From: Squalus acanthias
Lineage: Eukaryota
DNA: 64,000 bases
Assembly: GCA_030390025.1 (NCBI GenBank)
Contig: CM059438.1
Coordinates: 27,404,001 to 27,468,000 of the forward strand
Reading direction: 5' to 3'
The notes beneath the pieces were generated by a model that was not told the DNA's origin, made no database searches, and worked only from the letters and a program-made list of their open reading frames with translations. Made by a program: the position numbers and the translations under genes. Positions 25,606-36,559 of this stretch are shown one piece after another (within the stretch, counting starts at the first letter, position 1; each line of letters starts with the position of its first letter).

Positions 25606-27249
25606 ACAATACACAAGAACAGCTGTACCTTCATGCGATTTAATAAATGTGATACCTTTCAGTAGTTAGTGCATGTATCTGTATTATGGTTCCATTGGTT
25701 TGATAAGCTCTGAGGGTGTGAATTTTGCCTTACAATGTGCTTTACAGCTGAACTGGAATGGAATATAGCGCATGTTTCTAGCTGAACAGATAAATAGTCA
25801 AATGTAAATTTTTGTCACAATGGAGTACAGTATTAAAGTTTCTTAGCTTCTGCATGTTAGAATATGCTTACCTAGACTTAAAAACAATGTTGCTGGGATC
25901 AGTATATTATGGTTGATCCCACTTGATGGCATACAGAACCTTATGGCTGCATAATCTGTATTATTTGCATCTTTTAACTGAGGCAAGCCCATATCCTCGA
26001 CCCAATCATTGAAAAATCCCTTAGTAGTGTAATCTGTTCCACTAATATGCATCATTTGGTACAGCAAGCATTTTTTTTTTACATCATTTACTATTTAAGA
26101 TGAAAAACAATGTCCCAGAATTTGTATAATCAGCAGATTGTGTGAAATAATTAGACTAGGTTCCTAACTGCAATACTTAGTCTGGAGTTTATGAACACTG
26201 TTCTTCGACTGACAGTTTTTATTGTAGTACAAATGCCTAACAATTACAGCATTACAGGAACATTCAGCCAAGATATCTGAGAAAAATGTTGAGTTGGATT
26301 ATTTTGACATGGTTCATATTGTTAAAACGGATGACAAAGTACTAATATATTAGATAACTGAGCTTCCTTGTACTCATAACTACTGGTGGAGTGCAGTTAA
26401 ATCATTAGGATTTAGAGTTCATAAAGGATGGATATCTGAAAATAGCCGGTTATATGTAACGTACAGTTCTAAAATTGAAAATCTTAGTCATTGAACTGTT
26501 CAGTTGTTTTTGAGTTTAACACAGGTCCTAAAATAGCTACATAAAATGGCAGATTATTTTGAATATTTTTATTTGATCCTTGTTAACATTATTTCCAAGG
26601 TACAAAGTAACTGAATATTTGAGAGCTGCTAAATTCATGTTTTGTCATTTTTTGAGGTAGGAAAAGCCATGTTCCACTGGACAACTGACTGAATTATTGA
26701 CAATTATGTGCCTTGAGATCTATAACTACTCTTAAGATGGTATTCTTTAAGCATTTTGGTTAATAGCCGGAGGGAGGATTGAGCAGCACACTAGGATCAA
26801 AGACGTTAAAGGTGAATATGTTATTAGCTTGAAAATGCACAATGCTGATTTAATGTGTGTTGTAAAACATTGCATCCAAGGGGTAGAATGTTTGACTAAT
26901 ATGGCACAAATACAAACTTTGTCTCATCTCAAAATAAAATGAGTGTGATTGACTTGGGTGTGGCTCAGGGAGGTTAACAGGCATGCGAAGGAGGGAGTCA
27001 CTACTCGGTTAGCACCATGGAGGCAGATCGGCACTTGATAATATACCTTCTCTTTCCTTTAGCATTGAGGCCTCTAGAGTAGCAAGGTATGACCATGGAT
27101 TACAGGGTTTTCGACATGGATGAACTAAGATCAGCCAAATGGTTGTCCTCATCCATATTTATCTCATGGACATTAAACTACAGGAGAAGGCACAATGGCA
27201 TTTTTTAAAGTGATATGTTTTGGAGAAGGGATGAACTATAGGGCAACAG

Positions 27250-28060
27250 AGGGAGGTCAGCACGCGATAGAAGGTGTAAATAGGCGATGTTTCAGAGGTG
27301 AAAAAAGGTTGTCTTGGTGATGGACTGGATGCAGGGAAGAAAGCTCAGCTCGATCCTACAGAATGCTGAGGGTCCCCACCACCAGGTGCAGCCTGAGCAA
27401 GTCGCCTGACGGAGTCAGAACTAAAGGAAGGTAGGTGCTGGCGAGATCTGTGAAAGATGACTCAGTTTTGTCGACTTTAATCTGTAGGAAGTTTTGATTT
27501 ATCCAGGACTTGCTTTTGGACAGGCAGCTGAACAGTACAACTGCCATTAAACGGTGGCTGTAGAGAAGTAGAATTAGGTCCTGTTGGCGTTTCTGTAAAA
27601 TCTGACCCGTGATGATGTTATCAAGGGGTAGCAAGTAGCTTGGAGGGACTTGAGGATGGAGCGCAGGCACAAATCAGAGGTACCTGGGTGGACAGGTGAG
27701 GAAAAACCATTTAAGGAAATTTTGTGATTGGATTGGAACAGGTAGGACAGGAGAGAGCAGTATCATTGAGGTAGATGACAGAAGTGAGGTGAGAATGGAG
27801 TGGTTAGTAGTATTTGAGGACATGAAACGTTGAGCAGGATGAGTGGCATAATCAGTGGTAACAATCACCGAGGATATAACTGGTGATTTTGCCATGGTTG
27901 CTTTCTGCTGTGACCTGGTCATAATTTGAATTGCAGGAGCAGAATCGAGCGAGAGAGAGATAAGCATGCAGTTGGTGGCAAACACGCATTGTAAGACCTT
28001 TGAGAGAAAAGGGGAGGCCAGAAATAGAGCAGTCATTTGTAAAGATAGAGGGGTCAAAAG
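27250..28060 (-). mobile_element. Decayed L2 LINE reverse transcriptase region
   Basis: ISGLPFLSKVL, KSWINQNFLQIKVDKTE and other L2 ORF2-like segments across frames. Confidence 0.8.
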
Positions 28061-28084
28061 AGAGCTTTATATTATAATAGTTCT

Positions 28085-28500
28085 GCATTAATATGAGGAG
28101 CATAAGGAACAAGCTACTGGAGTTTGAAGGTTGTGAATAAAATCAAAAGGTAGATATAATTGTCTTAATCAAGAGGTGAATAATATCAAAGGATGGGGAC
28201 ATGTTTCATATAAAGGATTTCAAATTTTTTTTGAAGGTGCAGGAAAAATAACTTGCGATGCAGGGTGATACTTCAGGAAGGCAGGGTCTGACTGTAGTCA
28301 AAAGGGTTGATTTTAGCCTTAGACAAATAAAGGTTACTTTGCGTGTCAATAATGATTCTAAAAGCAGAACATCAATTGCGAATTGTTGTAGACCCGTGGA
28401 ACAGCAAGAAAAAATTATACAGTTATTTCATCAAAAATGTGTCAGACAAAGATAGGAGAATAATTATGGGTGATTTTTAATTACAACAATTTGCATATAT
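28085..28500 (+). mobile_element. Old CR1 endonuclease-domain remnant, followed by MITE insertions
   Basis: INMRSIRNKLLEF, DIIV, NCCRP, IIMGDFNY: APE endonuclease motifs in order. Confidence 0.7.
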
Positions 28501-28536
28501 ATAGGTGCCGATGAGGCTCTCAAAGCATATACTTTA

Positions 28537-29096
28537 GGGGTGATTTTAACCCTACCCGCCTGGCGGAAACTGCGTGGGCAGGCATTTAGATTGGGTGACT
28601 TACCCGCCAACATCCCGCACTGCTCTCGTAGTGTTAACCTGCTCTTTTAAGCAGGCTTTAAAGACACCCCCTTAAAGCCAGTGGGGTCCTTCTTTAAATT
28701 TACAGATCAGGTAAAGACGGCGGGTGGGGGGACGAAGAGGATCCACAGCCAGAAGAGGCCCAAATAGGTATGGTTTTTTACTTTTTGTACGTTCCTGTGG
28801 GGCCAGGAGGAGTAGGTGTTCTCCTCCAGGCCCCAGATGTTTAGCCCTTCCCTGCCCCAGGCTCCGAGCTTCCCTTCTGCAAGACCCTCCAAAAACCCCA
28901 ACTTACCTTGTTGCTGGCAGCTGTTCCTTTGGTGCCGCTTTTTGCCCATTTTGGATGGGCAACTGACTGGCGGCATGCAGATGAGACCCGGGAGTTAAAA
29001 TTGCCCAGGCTTCACACTACTTCACCAACCACGCGCCCCGCGCACCCCCCCCCCCCCCCCCCCCCCCCACACACACCGCCTGTTAACATTAGGTCC
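28537..29096. mobile_element. GC-rich MITE (Harbinger-type)
   Basis: Terminus GGGGTGATTTTAAC; degenerate opposite end GTTAACATTAGGTCC; internal 19-bp stem-loop. Confidence 0.6.
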
Positions 29097-29358
29097 ATAA
29101 TATCTCAGGAGAGATAAATTGATCAGTAAGACTGGTGGGGAAAACATTGAGGAAAGACAGTGCATTAAGGATATATTTAAGAGCGTGCTAGTAAATGCAC
29201 ATTGTGGAGAAACAGAAGTTTGATATCAAAATTTGGACCTAAATAATGAGATTACACATAGAAGAAAAAAAAATTGATATTTTGGAACAAGTAAGGTAAC
29301 AAAAAGAATGAGGGAATTTGAAAATATATAAAAGTAAAGTAACAGATCCTGAAACAAT

Positions 29359-30693
29359 GTGGAGAATTTTAACCCCCAAAAACGAGTGAGTTTGGGTCAG
29401 GTGGGAAGTAAAGATGTAAAAAAATGTCAACACTTGAACCCGCCCACATCCGGTTTTAATGGAGGTGGGACTGGTGGCAGACGACCAACCTTTTCCCAGG
29501 AAGTGGGTCGCTCATTTAAATATTTTAATGAGGCTGCGTGCCTCAGATATTTTCTCTGTTCCAGCTTTAATGTTGGCCAGATGGATTTCCCAGGCCTCGG
29601 GAAACCCGGCAGCTAAAGGGAGACGAGGACTGCTGCATGGAAGAGCTAATACTTTTCCAGAACTGCTTGTAGGCCAGGAGGAGTAGGAGTGCTTCCCCCC
29701 AGCCCCCAAGCAAGCCCGTTAACCTTCACAGCGATCGGAACCCTCCCCCCCCGCGATCCAATGCCCTCCCGATGTCCACCACGGCCCACGATCTCCTCCC
29801 GGTCCCTCCCCCCCCCCCCCCCCCCCCATGTTCTCCAAGGGCCCTCTGCGATCTTCTGCCCTCCTCCTCTGATCTCTCCTAGCCCCTTCCACGATCTTCT
29901 CCTCCACAGCCCCCCCCCCCCCCCCGATCTCTCCGGGCCCCCCTTCAATACCCCTCTGACGTCTCCCATCGATGTCCCTCCCAATCTATCCAGCCCCCCC
30001 CCCACCCCCCCGATCTCTCCGGGCCCCCCTTCAGTACCCCTCTGACGTCTCCCATCGATGTCCCTCCCAATCTATCCAGCCCCCCCCACATCAATATCCA
30101 CTCCTGACCTCTCCGGCCACCACCCCCCTCCATCGATGTCCCCTCACGACCCTTGATCACTCAGGGCCCTCCTTCCCCGATCACTCCCAGCCCCTTCCAC
30201 GATCTTCGCCTCCGCACCCCCCTCGACCCCCAATCTCTCCGGGGCCCCCATCGATGCCCCCCCCCGACCCCTCCAGCCCCTCCCCTTGATGTCCCTCCCA
30301 ATCTATCCAGGCTCCCCCATCGATGTTCACTCCCGACCTCTGTATAGCCCCACCGCCCATCGATGTCTCCCCCCCTCCCCCCCCCACCACCCCCAACCCA
30401 ACCCTTGATCACTCAGGGCCCCCTCATTGATGCCCCCCGACTCCTGATCTCTTTCCCCCTCATCGAAGACCCCCCCCCGATCTCTCCCTCCCCCCTCTCC
30501 ACTCCCCGGCTGCAGCCTGGTGCCGAAGGCCTCCCTACCCGACAGCTAGTTGCAGCCAGAAAACAGAGTCCAAAAATGGTAATCAGGTCCTGCTGTTAAA
30601 ATCAGCTGGACCTGAGGAAAACCCGTTCTTCCGCATTTCCCGATCGCAAAACTGACCCATGCTTCCTCCCCGCCTCCCGGTTAATATCGGGCC
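29359..30693. mobile_element. Non-autonomous DNA transposon with an expanded C-rich interior
   Basis: Ends GTGGAGAATTTTAAC / GTTAATATCGGGCC, TSD AAT on both sides. Confidence 0.7.
29740..30510. repeat. C-rich degenerate minisatellite
   Basis: Recurring CCCCCGATCTCTCC and CCCATCGATGTCCC units; near-perfect tandem pair with period about 86 (29925 and 30011). Confidence 0.85.
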
Positions 30694-30869
30694 AATAGTT
30701 CTGGATAAAGAGAAAACAGGAAAACCAAATTGCATGAACACTGGGAGAAAAAAAAAGGACACTTCAGTATGTTACAGTATTTCCAAGTTGGTAAAGTATT
30801 AACAAAGAAACAGGTTCCTTAAGAATGAGAAAAATTAGACCATGAGGAGGCAAATAGCATTGCCATGTT

Positions 30870-31180
30870 AAAAATACTTTCTCCCCTTTTCTGAAGCTGG
30901 TGACTGAAGGGTTTAGTTTCACAGTACCTCACCCAAATTGTCATCCTTCAAATCTGAGCCTGTACAGCGATTGTGGGCAGGTCTTCTGACCTGAGGAAGG
31001 AAAAATTACAGTCAAGCCTGATCCTATTCTTGCCCAATAGCCCCACCATTGCCCGAGCTGAGGACAAGTAACTCAGCACAGACCAGGGATTGAATATTGG
31101 GACTTTTCCTAATCGGTATGGTTCAGTACCACACTGCGATGTTTCAGTATCATACTGTGGAGTATGTTTAACCATGAGGG
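30870..31180 (-). mobile_element. Old tRNA-derived SINE
   Basis: Minus strand has a degenerate B-box-like TATTCAATCCCTGGTCTGTGCTGAG near its 5' end. Confidence 0.5.
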
Positions 31181-31539
31181 AATGCTATTGCAGAATTTTT
31201 TAATTATTTAGATTTTTGAAAAGAAAAAAGGAGAAACTCCTGATTCAACAGGGAGTAGAGAGATTCATATATTTGATGCCAGGGCTGGAGGGAGATGAAA
31301 ATAATCTTTGTCGGACCTGAACAACAATGTCTGTGAGGTCTTTTTGTATTTCTACTTTTTATGCTCAATTCAAACAAATGAGAATTGAAGTATGTTAATT
31401 TAAATGCTGAGAATATAATGCAAGATATGCTGGAAGCCAATAAATTAATCACTGGTCTCGTGTATATTTTTCCATGGAATAGCATTGACATCCTTTATCA
31501 CCATGTCCTATAACTAGAGTTTCTATGGACAGTGGTAGA

Positions 31540-31670
31540 TCATAGAATTGTAGAATGATACATCACAGAAAGAAGCCATTCGGCCCATCATGCCTGTGCC
31601 GGCTCTTTTGTAGAGCTATCCAATTAATCAAACGCCCCTGCTCTTACCCCATAGCCTTGTCATTTTTCTC
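31540..31670 (-). mobile_element. CR1 3'UTR fragment
   Basis: Reverse complement of GGCTATGGG..AGAGCCGGCACAGGCATGATGGGCCGAATGGCTTCTTTCTGTG. Confidence 0.85.
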
Positions 31671-33375
31671 GGCTCTGCTCTGATCTGCTCTGTTGCATGG
31701 TGTGTGTGCAATTAAGGAACCCAGAAGACTGGTGTATCTTTGATAGAGGAGGAAGAGGAGACCAGGATTGAAAAACACCAAGCAGATGAATATCCCTCTG
31801 ATAAATCCTGGTTCAGTGTCTTGGGGAGACTATGAACATGGCAACAATGCCTTGCCTGAAGGATCCTACAGAAGCCCCTCTCCAAATATTCCTGAGATGC
31901 AAATACAAAGGAGGCAACAGAGACATCAGTTCACATAAAACCATGAGATGTGTGTACAAGCAGTGAAAAAATACTGTAATAGTTCAAGCATTGTGATGAG
32001 TGTAACATCTCTAGCTTGGGCTGGCAGTAACTGATATGTAAGTATTAGCACTGCCATCAGATTTGCTTCTAAAAGCCAAGAGGGTAACCTAATTGGAAAC
32101 TCCTCTGTGAGATCTATCTGTAATCATTCACATAAGTTCAAGAGAGGCTGCTTATGCAGCCACTAATAATCTTGCAGTCAGGGTCAGGATGCCACTCTAG
32201 GCCAGATTCAGCATCGAGGACATTTCCTCCTGAATCTTCATGGCTTCCAACACTTCACAACATCAGGATCATGTGGCCTGAAGCCATTGTGCTGAGCCTG
32301 AATGTTGTTCTTCACATTTAAATAGTTTAATCTGTGTTAAGACCAGGCTTCAGATGGAGTTAATTGGTAAAACCATGTGCTCTAAATTAAAAAGGTGAAA
32401 ATAGCATTCAGAGCACATTTTATTGAAACCCAACTCCCTGATTAGCATATTGACAGCAGAAAATAGCACACAGTGCTTCAGTAACAGGGGAAGGTAAGGA
32501 ATGAAAAATAACACAAAATAGCTAAAACACCAATTCCAATACACTCTTTGATGACAAGCCAAGCTGAAATTACAACTGTCCTGACATAAATTGCCCTGGA
32601 GTCTTGAGGCAAAGTGAAAATTCTGTGCAAGGCATGTTCCTATTAATATTATTACCATTTAACTTCTAGCTTGAGAAAAAAAAAACAATTTGTAAGTCAT
32701 TTCTAATAGTCACATGATGATATAAACTTTGATTTGCTTACACAACATGGTAATAATACCATCTGTGCAGTATACATGTTGCAAAACTAACTCGCGGAGC
32801 AGTGTGAACAGTTAGTGACCACAGCTTTATAAAAATTTCCATATAAAAATGAACAACAGCTAAATTGAAACATCTCTACTATGAAGCCTGTAACACAGTT
32901 CAGATGAGAGAAATTCGTCCACGTCGTGCCCGTTTATTGGATGAAAAATATGCGTGGTGGCGGGGGGGGGGGGGGAGAACCAATTTCGGGTCACAACATC
33001 TAGTGCCCGATCACCACTGGAACTGCGCCGACTTCCAAATGTCCAGGCTGCCTGTCTGAAACAGGCATTAGAGGGGCAGAATTCAATGAGGCCCGAAAAC
33101 AGTCGTGGGGATCGCAATGTGTGATCTGCCCGCGCACGTTGAAACTAGTGCAGGCAGCACGCAAAATTTGTGCTGCTTGCTCGTTACCATGATTGCAACG
33201 CTGAGCTCAGCACTAAACGCGCTGCTGGTTGGCTCAGCGCTCAACAGGGGGCCCAATATCGTGTGCAGTCTGCTCTCTATTTAAAGGTTGCCTGCTGAGT
33301 CAAAGGCTGTTCTGCACTTCTTAAAGGGGAGGTGCTCTGTTACAGCAGTACCTCATTGTTGCTGGAGCTGGAGCA

Positions 33376-35205
33376 ATGTGTCTCAGCAGGGGAGAGAGCG
33401 GCACCCCGGTTCTCAGATCCAGCACTGGGTGTACAGGAGGAGCCAGGGCCTCTACCTGCAGGCGGGCAGGAGGCCTTCCAGACACACTGTGTGAAGGCAG
33501 TGGGAGGAAATCGTAGAATCTGTCAGTGCCAGCAGTCTTGCCCCCAGGACATGAATCCAGTGCAGGAAGAAGTTTAATGACCTCGCTCGAGTGGTCAAGG
33601 TGAGTGAGTGCATCTTCAAATTGCCATATCCCACCAACTGCACCACTAGCCTCACACTCTGCTCAATGCACCACACCCCCATCACTCACCTACCAACAAT
33701 CTTTAGCAATCACGTCTCATACCTCACAATCATAGCTTGACTTCACCCTCACACACTTACCACTGCAGCAAGCCTCACAACCACATCTCACACCTTGCAC
33801 ACAATGCCAACTATTCAACCTTGATGGGCACATCGCCTAAACTCATTGCACCACACTCACTGACACACTTCCCTTTCTTTTGCAGGCTAAGGTGGTTCAT
33901 AACAGGAGAGAGCAGGAACAAACAAGCGGGGTGGGGGGGCAACCGAACCCCCATGGAGGAGACTGTGCTGGAGATCATTGGAGGGGCCGTCACTGAGGCT
34001 GTGGTGCTGGGCGAGACTGAAAGTCCTGATGATGACGGGATGCTCATACCTAATCCTTCTTCTCAGATCCCACTTCCCCCTCATCCCACAATCTCTTCTC
34101 ACTTATAAGCTGCTGATGGTGTAAGCATGGACATCTTGCTTTCCCCCCTCCCCTCACCACAACCCAACTCTTGTGCCTTTCTCCTTTCAGATACCCAAGA
34201 ACTGCCAGCAGCCCAGACTATGCAGCAAGAAGTAGAGGAGGAGAGTGATGGAGAATAAGAGGCACCGTCACTCGATCTGACACTCCCAGGCACCAGCTCA
34301 GAAAATGGCACTGTGCGTACTTTAGAGGGTAGTATCGAGGTGGGATCTGCATGTCGTGAGTCACCGGCCACAAGTGGACTGCAGCCAGGCCAGGGGGAAA
34401 GGGTAGCGCAGATGCACATGAGTTCTGCTGCACGGGACTCAGATGAGGACTTTGATGGGCAACCTTCACAAGAAGGGTGATGGGCATGCACACAAAAATG
34501 CTAGGTGCAATGGCATGCCTGCCAGAGAGCCTCTTGTCAGTGTCGAGGAGCATGGAGGAGTCCGGCTCCAACATTGATTGGGACTTTGCACGGAGCTTGG
34601 ATCCCATGGTTTCCTGGATGGAAGTGATGGGCAACTCCATTAGAGAACTTGTGGGCTTAACCATGATGCAGGGGGTGATGGGCGATGTCGCAGCTTCCAT
34701 TGCAGCACAAGTGGAAGTGACCCAACATCTGAGTGCTGCATTGGAAGCTGAGACTACTCTCATGCAGGCTCAGTTTGCTGCCACGCAAGATCAAACTGCT
34801 GCCATCGTGGTTGGATTTATGAGTGTGGAAATGGGCTTGCAGGGTCTCATAGCAGTCCAGCAATCTGTGCTCCAACAGATGGCTAGGAATGCTGAGGCGC
34901 CGCCCTGGGGGAGTGGCAGTGGCTCCATGGAGTAAGAACCTGCTGTACTTTCTCAGGGTGACAGCATTCGTACTTCCACCACTGCCACTCCGCCAGTGCC
35001 ATTGCAGTTCCCTGTCAGCCAGCCAGCCCAGACTGCTGCCGCCCACGGCGGGGTGGTGCAGTCTAGGCCCAGAGCTGCTCGAGGTCATCCTGCAAGGCCA
35101 TTTGCAGTGCCCCCCACGGAAAGTCAGCAGCCTTCCACCAGCCATGCTGCAGCCACTGGGGTAGCACTTCGTAGGAGCACTAGAATAGGCAAAGGAACAC
35201 AGTAG
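33376..35205 (+). pseudogene. Harbinger Myb/SANT-like DNA-binding protein gene, 3 exons (about 33376-33599, 33886-34037, 34191-35205)
   Basis: APRFSDPAL..QWEEIVESVSASSLAPRT*IQCRKKFNDLARVVK|GTGAGT; acceptor TTTCTTTTGCAG then AKVVHNRREQEQTSG; acceptor CTCCTTTCAG; stops and frameshifts present. Confidence 0.85.
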
Positions 35206-35391
35206 ACAGACATAAGGGATAGTTGTCTTTGTAATGCTATTTTGGAATTATTCTTTTATAAATTATGTTTGCAATGTTTGTTTTGTGGTGGCTTTCATTT
35301 CAGCATTGTGCCCAAGAGGACGCTGTGATGTTCTGTGACAGAGGGATGGTAAGGTGGGGAAGTGTTGCGCAATGGGGATCTGGGGTTTCAT

Positions 35392-36559
35392 TCAGGGGAA
35401 CCGGAGTCTGATGATGCACTCACAGACAGCTCGTCTGGGACGGAAATTTACAGGCCTCGTCCTCGTCCTCCTCGTCCTCGTCCTCCTCCTCCTCCTCCTC
35501 CTCTTTCTCCTCCTGACGTGGTCATTGAACCTGTGGTGGCAAGAGTTGTACCCTCATGGTGGCTAAGTTGTGGAGGATGCAGCAGGCTACCACGAATTGG
35601 GACACCCACTCCGGCGAGTACAGGAGAGCTCTACCTGAGCGGTCAAGGCAGTGGAACTGTTGCTTCCGCACCCCGATGGTCTGCTCGGTGAGGTTCCTTG
35701 TGGCAGCATAGCTGTCATTTTATGACTGCTGGCCACGAGTGGTGGGGTTGCAGAGGGGTGTCATCAGTCAGGTGTAGAACAGATAGCCCTTGTCACCGAG
35801 CAGCCACCCTCAGGTTCGATGTAGTGATTGGAAGATTGCTGGCACAGTGGACTGGCGCAGGATGAAGGCATCATGACTGCTGCTGGGATACCGGGCATTC
35901 ACCATCATGATGTGCTGGGCGTAGTTGCACAGCAGCTGCACATTGAGTGAGTGATAGCCTTTGCGGTTATGGTACATCTCAGCATTGATATGCGGTGCCC
36001 GCAAAGCCACGTGTGTGCAGTTGATGGAGCCCTGCATAATGGGGAAGCCCGATCTCCTGGCAAAGCCACATGCACACTTCTCCAGCTTCTCCCTGTTTCG
36101 AGAGAAGACGATGACGTCCCTTCTCGTAGAGTACAGAGCCTCTGTAACCTCCCGGATGCAGCGATGGACGGCGAGCTGCGAGATGTTTGCTATGTCACCT
36201 GCTCCAGTCTGGAATGATCCACTGGTGAAAAAATTCAGGGCCATGATTGCCTTGAAGGTCACTGGCAGTGCAGTCATCGCCCTGCTCTGAGGCTGCAGGT
36301 CTGGTTCCAAGAGGTGGTAGATTTCTGTGACTACCTCCTTGATGAAGCAGAGCCTCCAAATGCACTGCTCCTGGCTAAGGTGCAGGTAGGAAAAGTGCTC
36401 CCTGAAGACCCTAGGTGGGTAAGTCTTCCTGCTGAGAGCCCTCCTCCCCCTCCTCCTCCACCCTCTGCGAACAGCTTGTCTTTGCTGCCTCTGCTCCATC
36501 TCCCTGTCATGCTGCAGCACGAGGGGGACTACAAGTAGAGCCCCCATGACTGGGAGCAA
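35392..36559 (-). pseudogene. Harbinger (HARBI1-like) DDE transposase
   Basis: ALNFFTSGSFQ, GFPIMQGSINCTHV, NRKGYHSLNVQ, SHDAFIL, then WLLGDKGY, EQTIG, ACCILHNL; the expected catalytic D of IDCTH reads N, and there are stops. Confidence 0.95.
35455..35515. repeat. (TCC/TCG)n repeat
   Basis: CCTCGTCCTCCTCGTCCT..CCTCCT; corresponds to the acidic tail of the minus-strand transposase. Confidence 0.85.

Noticed and set aside
29646-30599. Many overlapping Pro/Gly-rich ORFs
   Set aside because: By-product of the stop-poor C-rich minisatellite
31680-32300. Possible further Harbinger Myb-gene remnant
   Set aside because: Only vague resemblance to 34200-35100; no motif I can read with confidence
35810-36559. 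Domesticated HARBI1 gene
   Set aside because: Catalytic-motif D reads N, premature stops, and it sits within TIRs next to a decayed Myb partner
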